A stretch of DNA of 64,000 nucleotides from an uncultured delta proteobacterium (GTDB taxonomy: Bacteria > Desulfobacterota > Binatia > UTPRO1). The position numbers and the translations under genes are program-made. The DNA lies in the NCBI GenBank assembly GCA_963753325.1, contig CAVWBS010000001.1:2802553-2866552 (forward strand), in the 5' to 3' direction. A model generated the notes under the pieces. It was not told the origin of the DNA, ran no database searches, and saw only the letters and a list, made by a program, of their open reading frames with translations. Shown here in pieces: positions 49,563-60,729 of this stretch (positions are counted from its first letter, which is position 1; every line of letters starts with the position of its first letter).

Positions 49563-49974
49563 GGTGCACCGTCGTGAGGAGGCGACAGCCACCGTTCGGG
49601 AGCATCTCCTGCATGCCGGCGCGCGCGACGATGCGCAATCCCCTCGCCGGTGAAGTTTACGTGACCCCAGCGCGAGCGTCGCGCGTCGGATCCGTTGGAG
49701 CGAACATACGGCGCAGTCGCCCCGGGAGCCGCTCGACGACTTCGACAACGCCGCTCAGCCGAGGTTCGCGTCGACGCCTCCGCGTGACGGTGATGCCGAT
49801 CAGCGTCGACCCGCCAATAAGCAAATCAAGAGGATAGCCGGCCCGCGTGCATTTTCGAACAGCGGATCGTCGCGGCGTGCTCTTTGGGCTTCCGATGCGC
49901 TCCGGGTTTCGCTAGTATCCGCCCGCTTCCGAGAGACCACGTTCAACGTTCCGCCGCCAGGGAGGGTGATCGCG

Positions 49975-50142
49975 ATGCCGGAGGATCTCCGCGAACTTCG
50001 CGACAAGCTCGTCGCGCTCACGACCGTCGTCGAGAGCCGTCGCGCGAAGTATCGGTTGTTGGAAATGGAGGAGCGCCTGACGGAGCTTCTTCAGATTGCG
50101 GCGGAGTCGGATCGTTCGCGAGACGCGACGCCGTCCTCTTGA
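49975..50142 (+). CDS. Small coiled-coil-like hypothetical protein (55 aa)
   Basis: GGAGG RBS; MPEDLRELRDKLVALTTVVESRRAKYRLLEMEERLTELLQIAAESDRSRDATPSS; not in the ORF track. Confidence 0.55.
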   Translation: MPEDLRELRDKLVALTTVVESRRAKYRLLEMEERLTELLQIAAESDRSRDATPSS

Positions 50143-50269
50143 CGCGCGCGCCCGACGCTCGTCGCGGCCGTCCTCCCTCAGCACTCCCGACGTCATCGCC
50201 GCGGCGCCCCGCGCGCCGTCGCGCGGGTGAGCGTCCGGGCCACTCGTCCGCGACGACGGCGACGGCCGT

Positions 50270-50878
50270 TCAGGCCGAGGCGCTCGGGCGCTGCTTGAAC
50301 GCGCCGTACCAGCGCGTCAGGTTCTTCAGGCCCGGATCGAGCGGCACCTGCGCGAAATCGCCGAACTCGAGCGCCGCGTAGAGCGTACAGTCGGCGACCG
50401 TCGGCCGCTCGCCGGCGACGAACGGCTTGGTCCCGACCTTCTCGTCGAGCACCTTGAGCGTTCCGTTGAGCACGTTGCGCGCGTTCTGCGCCGCATCGGG
50501 CGACTGCTTCAGACGACCGGCCATGAACGGATGGGTGTTCTGGAAGATCTGCGCGATCCTGCCGAGGACGCCGAGCTCGATGATGCGCTCGATCTCGCGC
50601 ACGCGGGCGCGCTCGAGCGGGGTGGTCCCGAGCATCGGGGGATTCGGATGCAGGTCCTCGAAGTACTCGGTGATGGCGAGCGACTCCGTGAGGCAGCTGC
50701 CGTCGTCGAGCTCCAGGACGGGCAGGCCGCCGAGCGGGTTCTTCTTCAGGAACTCGGGCTTGCGGTTGTCTCCCGCGACGATGTTGACCTGCTCGCAGGG
50801 AACCTTGATGCCCTTCTCGGCGAGATAGACCCGCAGCCGCTTCGGGTTCGGCGCACCGACGAAATCATAGATTTTCAT
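50270..50878 (-). CDS. Glutathione S-transferase
   Basis: APNP.R.R..LAEKG, NPLG.LPVLELDDG..L.ES.AI..Y, F.AG...TVAD. Confidence 0.92.
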   Translation of the reverse strand: MKIYDFVGAPNPKRLRVYLAEKGIKVPCEQVNIVAGDNRKPEFLKKNPLGGLPVLELDDGSCLTESLAITEYFEDLHPNPPMLGTTPLERARVREIERIIELGVLGRIAQIFQNTHPFMAGRLKQSPDAAQNARNVLNGTLKVLDEKVGTKPFVAGERPTVADCTLYAALEFGDFAQVPLDPGLKNLTRWYGAFKQRPSASA

Positions 50879-50946
50879 GGATCGAGTCCTCCGTGTGTCG
50901 CACGTGATCGTGCGTGCGCCGCTTGTGCCAGCGCGGGGCAGCTGAC

Positions 50947-52398
50947 TCAACTCCCCCCGCCCGCCGGCGCGGCGAGCGCCTGTGACGTGCCGACGAGCTC
51001 GCGCGTCCACCAATCCCCGGTGGCGCGGCGCGTGGCGCGATCCGTGAAACGATAGCGGTAGAGCGCGACGCGCACGAACCGCGGTGGCGTCCCCGGGAAC
51101 GGATCGCGTGCGAACACCGACGCCACGGCGGCGGGGCGGGTGAGGAGACGCGTCAGGAGCGTCTCGAAGTAGCGCGCCCGCAGATGTCCGCCGAGCGGCA
51201 GGAACCACAGCTGGAAGTCGAGGCGCGGCTGATGCGGGGCGACGAACGGCGGCGCCCGGTCAGGGTCGCCGGGCTTGTAGCGGAACTCGTAGGCGCTCCA
51301 CGTCGTGCCGTCGTCGCTGCCCTCGATCACGACCTCGCGCCGGACGAGCGTCATCTGCGCGAAGAGATGGTAGGCGTTGAGCGAGCGCGTCGCCTCGAGC
51401 ACCTCGCGCACCGGCGCGAGCACCGGCGCGCGCGCGGCGCGGCGATCCACGAACGGCAGGAACGGGACGACGGAGAGCGGCACCGCGACCAGCGCGACGG
51501 CGGCGAGCACGCACGTGCGCACCGCGCTCGGTGCCGCTCGCGCGGCGGGGGCGAGCCTGATCCCGCAACGGCGCGCAACCCAGGCGAGGTGTCCATCGTC
51601 GAGCACGAGCAGCAGCAGCGCGAGGCTGAGGTAGTTGAAGAAGCCGTAATTCGCGGTGAGCAGCACCGCCACCTGGAAGACGGCCATCACGCATGCCACG
51701 GCGCCGCGCACACGGTGCGGCCCGAACACCAACGGTGCGAGCGCGAGCTCCACCACCAGCGTGAAGCCCGCCACGGCCCGGTGCGCCCAGAGGGGCATCT
51801 GGTGCGCGTACCAGCCCACCCACGTCGGCAGCGGCGCGGTCTCGTAGTACGCCACCATCGCCGTCAGGTTGCGCCAGGTGGGATCGCCGGTCAGGAGCTT
51901 CGCCGCCCCGGACTCGAAGTTCAGACGAAAGACGAGCCAGCGCATGAGGAGGATCGCGAGCGGATGCGGCGCGGCGGCGCCGCGCGGCCGGAGCCCGCCG
52001 GGCGTCAGCAGGAGCGCGAACAGGCCCGTCTCGAGGAGCAGGTTGTCCCATTGAAAGGAGAGGAAGTCCTGGCCGACGTTGACGAACGACAGGTAGAGCA
52101 CCCACGCCGACGCGAGCGCGGCGCGTGGTGCGACGTTGGCGACGAGCGCCAGGCCCGCGACCACCCCCGCGACGGCCGCCGCATGGAGCGCGGCATCGCC
52201 GCGCGCGAACCAGAACAGCGTCGGCGCGAGCCGCGCGTTGCCGGCGGCAGCGAGCGCATGGAGATACTCCCCGGCGGGCAGCAACCCGTCGCGCCCGAGC
52301 AGGACGTCGAGCTGCACCCAGAGCGAGACGAAGGCGATCGCGAAGACGGCGCCGAGCGCACGGAGAAAGAGATCGCGCACGCGGCCGCAGGTCGACAT
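50947..52398 (-). CDS. Lipase maturation factor family protein
   Basis: G..GLLP, GQ.FLSFQWDNLLLETG, YYET.PLP, TANYGFFN.L, YKPGD, PHQPRLDFQLWF. Confidence 0.92.
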   Translation of the reverse strand: MSTCGRVRDLFLRALGAVFAIAFVSLWVQLDVLLGRDGLLPAGEYLHALAAAGNARLAPTLFWFARGDAALHAAAVAGVVAGLALVANVAPRAALASAWVLYLSFVNVGQDFLSFQWDNLLLETGLFALLLTPGGLRPRGAAAPHPLAILLMRWLVFRLNFESGAAKLLTGDPTWRNLTAMVAYYETAPLPTWVGWYAHQMPLWAHRAVAGFTLVVELALAPLVFGPHRVRGAVACVMAVFQVAVLLTANYGFFNYLSLALLLLVLDDGHLAWVARRCGIRLAPAARAAPSAVRTCVLAAVALVAVPLSVVPFLPFVDRRAARAPVLAPVREVLEATRSLNAYHLFAQMTLVRREVVIEGSDDGTTWSAYEFRYKPGDPDRAPPFVAPHQPRLDFQLWFLPLGGHLRARYFETLLTRLLTRPAAVASVFARDPFPGTPPRFVRVALYRYRFTDRATRRATGDWWTRELVGTSQALAAPAGGGS

Positions 52399-52565
52399 GC
52401 CCTGCGGATGCTAGCACGTCCGGCCGTCCGGCCGGTCGGGGCGAGATCAGCCGACGACGCGCTCGAGATGACGCAGGTGGCGCCGCCGCGCGCTCCAGCG
52501 CTCGGCGGCGTCACGCACCGCCCGCCAGTGCCGGCACGCCGAGCTCGTGATCCTGCGCAGCGCCC

Positions 52566-53043
52566 TCACAGCGGCTCACCCGGGAACATCAAGCACGGCG
52601 CGGCGGCGGCGCCGCCGAGTCCGTCGAGGCTCTCGTGAAGATCGGAGCGACGCATCCCACCGTCGCCGCGCCGACGGGAGACGAGATTCCACCCGGATCA
52701 GCGGCAGCGCCCCGAGCGGCCGGAGGCAGACCACACAGCCCGTGCGGGCCGCGCTCCCCACCTCGACGACGCAGGTCGCGCCGCAATGCGGGCATTCCAC
52801 CGCTCCGTAGCCCGGCCCGGGCGCCGACGCCTTGTCCCACCAGTCGGCCACACTGCTCACCGCGCCGGCGGGAGCGTCGGGACCATGCGGCGCACGCAAC
52901 CGTCCGAGGCAGCCGATGCACGCGACGTCCTCGAGGGCGACGTCGTGCGGGACGCTGCACGGCACACTGCAGCGGCGGCACACGATCTGCCGCCGCAGGA
53001 TCGGCTGCTCCCGGTCGGCGAGTTTCTCGATGGCGCTCGTCAT
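52566..53043 (-). CDS. Double zinc-ribbon hypothetical protein; possible +1 frameshift near 52687
   Basis: CRRC..CIGC and CPHC..CVVC; GGAGG RBS; the C-terminus reads better after deleting one base. Confidence 0.6.
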
Positions 53044-53136
53044 GGAGCACCTCCTCGCCTCCAAGGGTATCGCGCCTGCCGGTGGCGGGAGTGTGACGAT
53101 CCCGTGACAAGGCGATGAAACGCGGACGGAGCGCCG

Positions 53137-54902
53137 TCAGCCGGCGATGCCCGGAGCCTTGCCGGGCACGGCGTCAGCGCGGGCGGCCGCCGGCAGGGCG
53201 CCGCGGCGCGCGCGCGGAGCGGCCGCCGACGCACCGGAAACGGCGGCGCGGCCCGCCGCGCTCCGTCGCCGCGCCCGTGGCGCCGTCACGGAGCGCGCCG
53301 GCGGAGCCGCGTCCCTGGCGACGCGCTTGGCCATCGCGCGACGGAGACGCTTCCAGCGCCGTCGCGTGGCCGCACGATAGCGCTTCGCGAAGCGGCGACG
53401 GAGCCGCTGCGCCTCACGCTCGTAGCGGGCCGCGATCTTGCCGATCACGAAGATCGCGTCCCGACTGAGCCCGATGCCGCGGCGATCGCAGAGCGCACGC
53501 AGATCGATCGAGGCGACCTCGGCATCCTGGTGCTCGCCGAGGAGCTTCTGCAGCCTGACGACGGCGGCGAGGAGCCGCCGCGACGGCTTGCCATACACGT
53601 CGACGTGGGCTTCGAGCGCGTAGCGCAGCTTCTTACAGCGGATGCGGAGCGCGTGGTACGCGGTCGCCGGCGCGGTCGGCGTGAGGGCGTCGCCGGCCTT
53701 GCGCACCTTGCGCATCCGCCTGCGGATCCACGCCGGAGCGGTCGCGACGATCGCCGCGCGCGCCGGGCCGCTCCGCGGCGCCGGACCGCGCAGCAACGCC
53801 GAGAAGCGCGCGAGCAATCGCTCGTAGCGGCCGGAGTCGAGCGCGCGCAACAGGCGCCGACGGCCGACGATGCGGCGGCGGCGCAGGACGGCCGCGACGC
53901 TGTCGAGCGCGTGCGCGTCGCGCGCGTCCATCTCCTTGCGCCAGCCGGCGAGCCGCTCGAGCTGCACGTCCACGTCGCGGACGTCACCGAGGACGCCGGC
54001 GAGCCAGCCCAGCGTGGCGCCCAGCGCCTGCGCGCGCGCCGGCAGCGCCGGCGCGAACAGCACGAGCGTCGCCCGCAGGCGCCGCGTCGCCACGCGCATC
54101 TGGTGGAGCGCCTCGGGATCGTCGCCGAGCCGCGTCCCCGGCTCGTGCTGCAGCAGCTGCTCGAAGCTCCGCCGCAAGCTGGCGAGCGCCACGTCGCCCG
54201 TGCGCATCGAGTCGTCGATGGCACGCGAGCCGAGATCGGGGATGGCGCTCGGCTTCACGCCCCGCAGGTGGAGCGCCTCCTCGAGCTTCGTACGATCGGT
54301 GGGCGACAGCGCGCCGCTCTGCTGCAACGCCTCGACCAGCGGCTCGAGGCGCGGCGGACCCACGGCGGGCGCCACCTCCACCTCGACGCGGTGGAATCGC
54401 GCCGGCACGCTCGTCCCCTCGACCGCCACGCTCGTCACGTCCACCGCGAGCTCGCCGACGACGTGTCCATCGCGCTGGATCGCCTGCCGCCGCCGACGCG
54501 TCCGCAACGCCACGATCGGGCGGACGGCGCGGGTGCCGGCGACCGCGTGGATACGCTCCGCCAGCGGCCCCTCGAGATGATCGAGCGCGCTGCGCGGCGG
54601 CTTCTGCGGGCCCGCGGCGCCCGCCGCATCGACGAGCTCGGTGAGCTCCCGGCGCGAATGCCGGCCCGCGCGCGGCGCCGTGATCTGCTTCAGCGTCGCC
54701 TCGAGCTCCTGACCGATCCGGCGCAAGCGCAGCGCGTACCCGGCCCGATGCAGGCGCCAGTCGTCGGTGTCGTAGTAGACGTCGGCGATGCTCTCGGTGC
54801 GCGGTACGCCGAGCGAGAAGCCCGCCGGCAAAGCGATCCGACGCAGCCAGCGCGCCGGCGGCACGGCGCTCTCGAACTGCCATTCGGTCTCGAGGTGCTC
54901 GT

Positions 54903-54906
<4 letters not shown>
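53137..54906 (-). CDS. CYTH + CHAD domain protein
   Basis: ETEWQF, D.YYDT.D.RL...G..LRLR, EVEV; [43 protein letters not shown]. Confidence 0.9.
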
Positions 54907-56015
<1,109 letters not shown>

Positions 56016-56095
56016 GCCGTCGTCTATGGCACATGGCGAAACGCTTGTCGCGGCGCCGCCCCGAGGTGTAGAGCGCCAGCAGGGAGACCGCTCCG

Positions 56096-57256
56096 TTGCC
56101 CTACGCCGAAGACCGGATCATCCACGACGCCGACTCGCACCTCGTCGAGACGCCCGATTTCCTCGTCCCCTGGGCCGACCCCGCGGTGCGCGCCCGGATG
56201 CGTCCGCTGTACGTCAGCACGGTGAAGCCGGGAGAGGAGAGCTCGATCGCCGCGATCCTCGCCCGTCGTGACGCTCCAGGGGAGCGCGAGGCCGCCGAGC
56301 GCGAGCTCATGACGCGCAAGAACTGGCGGGCGCTCGGCTCCTTCCTCAAGGAGGATCGTCCGCGCGCGCTCGATCTCCTCGGCTTCGCGAGCCAGCTCGT
56401 CTTCAATACCTTCGCGACCGACTATCTGCTGCGCACCGAGCTGGGAGATGACCTCGATCTGGCGTACGGGCTGGCGCGCGCGCACAACCGCGCGATGGTC
56501 GATTTCTGCAGCGGGGATCGGCGTCTGCTCGCGGTCGGCTACGTACCGCTCGCGGACTTCGAGCGCTCGCGCACGCTCGCCGCCGAGGCGATCGCCCTCG
56601 GGTGCAAAGCGCTGCTCGTTCCGTCGGCATGTCCGGCTCGCCACGGGCCGAGCCACGTCGGCCTGTTCCCCGTCTGGGCCCAGGCGGAGGAGGCAGGGCT
56701 GCCGGTGGTGCTGCACGTCGGGGGCGGCGGCCGGCTGTTGGACCCGACGTACTTCGAGAACGGGCTGCCCCCGGTCGCGGACTTCCATGGCGGCGCCGAG
56801 AACTTCCGCTCGGTGGACTACATGGCCATTCCCTACCCGCCCATGCAGACGCTCGCGACCTTGATCATCGACGGCATCCTCGAGCGGTTCCCTCGACTGA
56901 TGATCGGCGTCATCGAGCAGGGCGCCGCCTGGGTGCCGGGGTGGATGCGCCAGCTCGACACGGCGCTCGACGCGTTCGGGCGCCACGAAGCGCGCCTGCA
57001 GCGCCTGCGCCTGAAGCCGAGCGAATACGTCCGCAGGCAGATCCGCGTCACGCCCTACCCCGCGGAGCCGGTCGGCTGGATCGTGCAGCAGGCCGGCGCG
57101 GAGATCTGCATGTTCTCCTCCGACTACCCGCACGTCGAGGGCGGGCGCAATCCGCTGCGCCGGTTCGAGCTCGCGCTCGAGGGGATCGGCGAGGAGGCGC
57201 AACGGCGTTTCTACTGCGACAACTTCGCCGAGCTGATGGGGCGCGGCCTGTCCTGA
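56096..57256 (+). CDS. Amidohydrolase family protein
   Basis: DADSH..E, LHVG, G.LERFP.L..GVIE.GA.W.P, FSSDYPH.EG. Confidence 0.88.
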   Translation: MPYAEDRIIHDADSHLVETPDFLVPWADPAVRARMRPLYVSTVKPGEESSIAAILARRDAPGEREAAERELMTRKNWRALGSFLKEDRPRALDLLGFASQLVFNTFATDYLLRTELGDDLDLAYGLARAHNRAMVDFCSGDRRLLAVGYVPLADFERSRTLAAEAIALGCKALLVPSACPARHGPSHVGLFPVWAQAEEAGLPVVLHVGGGGRLLDPTYFENGLPPVADFHGGAENFRSVDYMAIPYPPMQTLATLIIDGILERFPRLMIGVIEQGAAWVPGWMRQLDTALDAFGRHEARLQRLRLKPSEYVRRQIRVTPYPAEPVGWIVQQAGAEICMFSSDYPHVEGGRNPLRRFELALEGIGEEAQRRFYCDNFAELMGRGLS

Positions 57257-57263
57257 GCGACGC

Positions 57264-58328
57264 TCAGTCGGCGGCGAGCGGCAGGGTGACCCGTACCACC
57301 GTGCCGCCCTCGGCGGGTGACTCGACGCGGATCGTGCCGCGGTGCGCGAGCACGACCGAGCGGGCGACGTAGAGTCCGATGCCGGTGCCGCCGCTCTTCG
57401 TCGTCACGTGCATGGCGTAGATGCGCGGCATGAGCTCCGGGGGGATGCCCGGTCCTTCGTCCCGGATGGTCACCTCGGCGGCGCCCTCCTCTCGGGCCAG
57501 TCCCACGCGCATCGTTCCGCCCTGCGGCATCGCCTCGAGCGCGTTGATCGCGATGTTGAGCAACGCCTGCTTGACGCGATCACGCCGCCCGTCGATCGGT
57601 ACCGTCCGGGCCGGCAGCGCCGTCTCGATCGCGACGTGCTGCGCCTTCGCTTGCGGGCCGAGCAGCGCCACCAGCTCCTCCAGCAGCGCGCGCGCGTCGA
57701 ATCGCTGCGACGCCTCCCCGAGCCGGGGCGTCTGCGTGAGCAGCGACGTGAGCGAGCGGTTCAGCCGTTGCACCTCGTCGCCGAGGACTCCGACGTAGCG
57801 CCGGCGCTTCGCCGAGCGCTCCGCGTCGTCATCGTCGGGCAACGCATCCTTGAGGAGCTCGAGATTGATCACCATGGCGTTGAGCGGCGCGCGGAGATCG
57901 TGCACGACCTCCATGAGGAAGCGCGTGAGCGCCCGCATCTGGATCGCGAGCGCGAGCTCGTCCTCCAGCGCGCCCACCATCGCCCGGTCCTTGACGACGA
58001 CGAGGACCGCGTCGCAGCTGTCCTCGTCCAGCCGGTAGATCTCGAGACGCAGCTTGCGGCTCCGCCCGCGAGCGGACACCTCGACGTCGAAGGGTGTCGC
58101 ACCGTCGCCCGAGGCGCGCTCGAGGGCGGGCGCCAGCAGCCGCTGGAACTCCGCCCAGTGGCGGGCGAGATCGTCGGCATCGTCGTACCCGAGGAATGCG
58201 CACGCTTGCGCGTTCGCGAACTCGAGGTCGTGCTTGACCGTGAGCAACACGAGGCCGACGTCCATGACGCGCATGAGCGCGCCGAACCAGCGGGCGCTGT
58301 GGGTCGTGGTCTCGTCCTGTCGCTCCAT
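57264..58328 (-). CDS. Cytoplasmic PAS-like sensor histidine kinase
   Basis: FAN..A...LG, H-box VHDLRAPLN, QALLN...NALEAM, D.GPGI, TTK..GTGIGL. Confidence 0.9.
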   Translation of the reverse strand: MERQDETTTHSARWFGALMRVMDVGLVLLTVKHDLEFANAQACAFLGYDDADDLARHWAEFQRLLAPALERASGDGATPFDVEVSARGRSRKLRLEIYRLDEDSCDAVLVVVKDRAMVGALEDELALAIQMRALTRFLMEVVHDLRAPLNAMVINLELLKDALPDDDDAERSAKRRRYVGVLGDEVQRLNRSLTSLLTQTPRLGEASQRFDARALLEELVALLGPQAKAQHVAIETALPARTVPIDGRRDRVKQALLNIAINALEAMPQGGTMRVGLAREEGAAEVTIRDEGPGIPPELMPRIYAMHVTTKSGGTGIGLYVARSVVLAHRGTIRVESPAEGGTVVRVTLPLAAD

Positions 58329-58479
58329 CGTCACGCTCGGGGGTTCGCGTGCGGCACGCAATCGGCGCCGAGATTCTTTTGTACCTTTTACAGCCGCGCG
58401 TCGCAAAGAACGCCGCAGCGGGAGCGGCGTGCGCGCGTTTGATCCCGCGATCGGCTTGGTCCACGCGGGCGACGTCGTC

Positions 58480-58495
58480 TGGCACATCGGTTGCT
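58480..58495 (+). promoter_or_regulatory. sigma54 (-24/-12) promoter
   Basis: TGGCACATCGGTTGCT matches TGGCAC-N5-TTGC with exact GG-N10-GC spacing, about 55 nt upstream of DUF1328. Confidence 0.75.
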
Positions 58496-58549
58496 GATCC
58501 GCACGAGAAAGCTGCGCGCGCGCCAGGCGCGCGGGCGAAGGAGGCTCTC

Positions 58550-58720
58550 ATGTTGCACTGGGCGTTGACGTTCTTCGTGATCGCGCTCATCGCGGCGGTC
58601 CTCGGGTTCCGTGGCGTCGCGGGTCTCTCGGCCGAGATGGGCTACGTCTTCATCGTGGTCGCGGTGCTGTTCCTCGCGATCGGTCTCCTGACGGGGCGCA
58701 CGCCGCCGGTCGGCCCGTGA
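58550..58720 (+). CDS. DUF1328 (YtjA-like) small membrane protein
   Basis: ML.WAL.FFVIALIAAVLGF.G.AG; AAGGAGG RBS. Confidence 0.9.
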   Translation: MLHWALTFFVIALIAAVLGFRGVAGLSAEMGYVFIVVAVLFLAIGLLTGRTPPVGP

Positions 58721-59820
58721 AGGCGCGTGCCGCGAAGGTAGCCGGGGTGACGCGTGCACGACTCCAGGCGGCAGTGCTTGCGGCGCTGCTCGCACTCGTC
58801 GCCATGCCGAGTGCCGCCGCCGCGGCACCCGACGCCTGGATAACCGCCAAGGCCAAGATGGCCTTGCTCACGACCGAGGGCGTGAGCGGTACCGCCATCG
58901 ACGTCGATACCATCGACGGGCGCGTGACGCTGCACGGCAAGGTCCGTTCGAAGGACGAGACGGCCAAGGCGGAGCGCGTCGTCAAGGACATCGACGGTGT
59001 GAAAGAGGTCAGGAGTCTCCTGCAGGTGGTTCCGGCCGCACGCGCGGCGGCCACCAAACGCTCGGACGCCGATCTGAAGACCGCGGTCGAACGGACGCTC
59101 GAGCGCGACCAGAGTCTGGCGGACAGCAGCATCACGGTTCGCTCGGTCGACGATGGGGTGGTCCTGCTCGGCGGGAAGGCGGCGACGCTGAGCGACCACC
59201 TGCGCGCGCTCCAGGACGCGAGCAGGGTCAGCGGTGTGCGGCGCGTCGCCACCGAGGTCGAAAGTCCCGACAAGCTCGCGGACGACGAGATCCGCCGCAC
59301 CGAGCCGGGCAAGCCCGCCACGCGCCGCAGCGCGGCCGACAGCGCCAGCGACCTGCGCATCACGGCGGCGACCAAGATGCGGTTGCTGTCCGACGCCGAT
59401 ACGCCCGCCCTCGACATCAACGTCGACACGCGGGACGGCGTGGTCACCCTCTTCGGCATCGTACCCTCCACGGCATCGAAGAAGGCCGCGGAAGCGGATG
59501 CGCGCAGGGTCGGCGGGGTGGCGCGGGTGGCGAACGAACTGCAAGTGGTTGCAACCAGCGCGCGCAAGACGGTCGACGTGCACGACGACGCGGTGAAGCA
59601 CGACGTCGAGCAAGCCCTGTCGTCACGACAGGCGCTCGGGAAGGTCGACGTGGAGGTGAGGAATGGCGTCGTACGCCTGAGCGGCAGCGTACCGACGGAG
59701 ACGGAACGGCTCGACGCGGCGATCGCGGCCCGCGCGACTTCCGGAGTGCGCGCCGTCCAGGACGACCTGCGGGTGCGGGACGAGCGCGCCGACAGCGGGG
59801 TGACTCACGCGCACGATTGA
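58717..59820 (+). CDS. Multi-BON domain (OsmY-like) periplasmic protein
   Basis: Signal peptide; four BON repeats (DAWIT.K.K..L, I.VDT.DG.VTL.G, V.GV..V...L.V). Confidence 0.9.
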   Translation: MKARAAKVAGVTRARLQAAVLAALLALVAMPSAAAAAPDAWITAKAKMALLTTEGVSGTAIDVDTIDGRVTLHGKVRSKDETAKAERVVKDIDGVKEVRSLLQVVPAARAAATKRSDADLKTAVERTLERDQSLADSSITVRSVDDGVVLLGGKAATLSDHLRALQDASRVSGVRRVATEVESPDKLADDEIRRTEPGKPATRRSAADSASDLRITAATKMRLLSDADTPALDINVDTRDGVVTLFGIVPSTASKKAAEADARRVGGVARVANELQVVATSARKTVDVHDDAVKHDVEQALSSRQALGKVDVEVRNGVVRLSGSVPTETERLDAAIAARATSGVRAVQDDLRVRDERADSGVTHAHD

Positions 59821-59843
59821 TTACCACGCGCACGATTGATTAC
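59806..59843 (+). repeat. Perfect tandem duplication of 19 bp
   Basis: CACGCGCACGATTGATTAC x2, spanning the BON gene stop codon. Confidence 0.85.
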
Positions 59844-59858
59844 ATGGATGGGGTCGAC

Positions 59859-60269
59859 ATGGCGATGAAATCCAGTGGACAGGTGAGAGATGCGGCGTCG
59901 ATGCGCGCTGCGGAGCCCCCAGGCAGCCCGCGCAACGAGGCTTCGGCGACGGAGGCCGTCGAGCGCGCGCTCGGCGCCGGCGAGCGCCTGGTCACCGAGC
60001 ACATCGAGCTGGCGCGACTCGATGTCGAGGAGGCGTTGGCGAGTCGAACGTTGCGCGCGGCGCTGGTCGTCGTCCCCGCGCTCTTCGCGTTCGGAGGGTG
60101 GTGGGTCTTGATGGCGGCATGCGTCGCGTATCTCGAGGCCTACCTGTCGCGAGCCGCGAGCCTGGCAATCGTCGGCGGCGGGAACGTCGTGCTCGGCCTG
60201 GCCGTGGTCCTCGTCCAATGGGCCGCGGCGCGCGGCGCCCCGGCCAAACCGCACGGAGCACGATCATGA
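59859..60269 (+). CDS. Phage-holin-like / YqjE-type two-TM membrane protein
   Basis: L...HIELA..D followed by two TM helices; start approximate. Confidence 0.65.
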   Translation: MAMKSSGQVRDAASMRAAEPPGSPRNEASATEAVERALGAGERLVTEHIELARLDVEEALASRTLRAALVVVPALFAFGGWWVLMAACVAYLEAYLSRAASLAIVGGGNVVLGLAVVLVQWAAARGAPAKPHGARS

Positions 60270-60493
60270 ACGGGATGGACGGACTGACGGACGCGGGGGC
60301 CGAGCCGGTCGATCAACGCGACGCCCTTCGACAGTCGATAGAGGACGACAAGGCCGAGCTGCTCGACGCAGTCGACGAGCTGAAGACCGCCGTGCAGCAG
60401 CAGTTCCAGCTGCGCGACCGGATCGCGGAGCATCCCGGTCCGTGGCTGGTCGGCGGCGCGCTCTTCGGATTGTGGCTCGGCACCCGGTCGTAA
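60266..60493 (+). CDS. Small protein, DUF3618/YqjK-like, with a C-terminal membrane anchor
   Basis: Coiled coil then HP.PWLVGGALFGLWLG. Confidence 0.7.
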   Translation: MNGMDGLTDAGAEPVDQRDALRQSIEDDKAELLDAVDELKTAVQQQFQLRDRIAEHPGPWLVGGALFGLWLGTRS

Positions 60494-60508
60494 CGAAAGG
60501 AGGACTCG

Positions 60509-60721
60509 ATGGTGACGTCGGAAGGTTCGTGGGCGGACGAGGCAAGCGCCCGGATAGGGGAGTGCGGCGACGACCTGAACGATCGACTGAAGCACGCGGG
60601 GACGACATTGCATGACATCGACGACGGCGTCCGCGCCTTCGTCAAGGAGAATCCGTTCGTCGCGCTGGCCGGGGCCGTCCTCGGCGGCTTCCTGATCGGC
60701 CGGGTGCTTTCCCGGCTGTGA
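60509..60721 (+). CDS. ElaB/YqjD (DUF883)-like protein
   Basis: FVKENPF.AL.GA..GGFLIGR.L; AAGGAGG RBS. Confidence 0.75.
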   Translation: MVTSEGSWADEASARIGECGDDLNDRLKHAGTTLHDIDDGVRAFVKENPFVALAGAVLGGFLIGRVLSRL

Positions 60722-60729
60722 GGCGTCCC

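Noticed and set aside
59859-60269. Holin-like gene as evidence of a prophage
   Set aside because: No phage genes nearby; this family is a normal member of YqjE/ElaB stress clusters.
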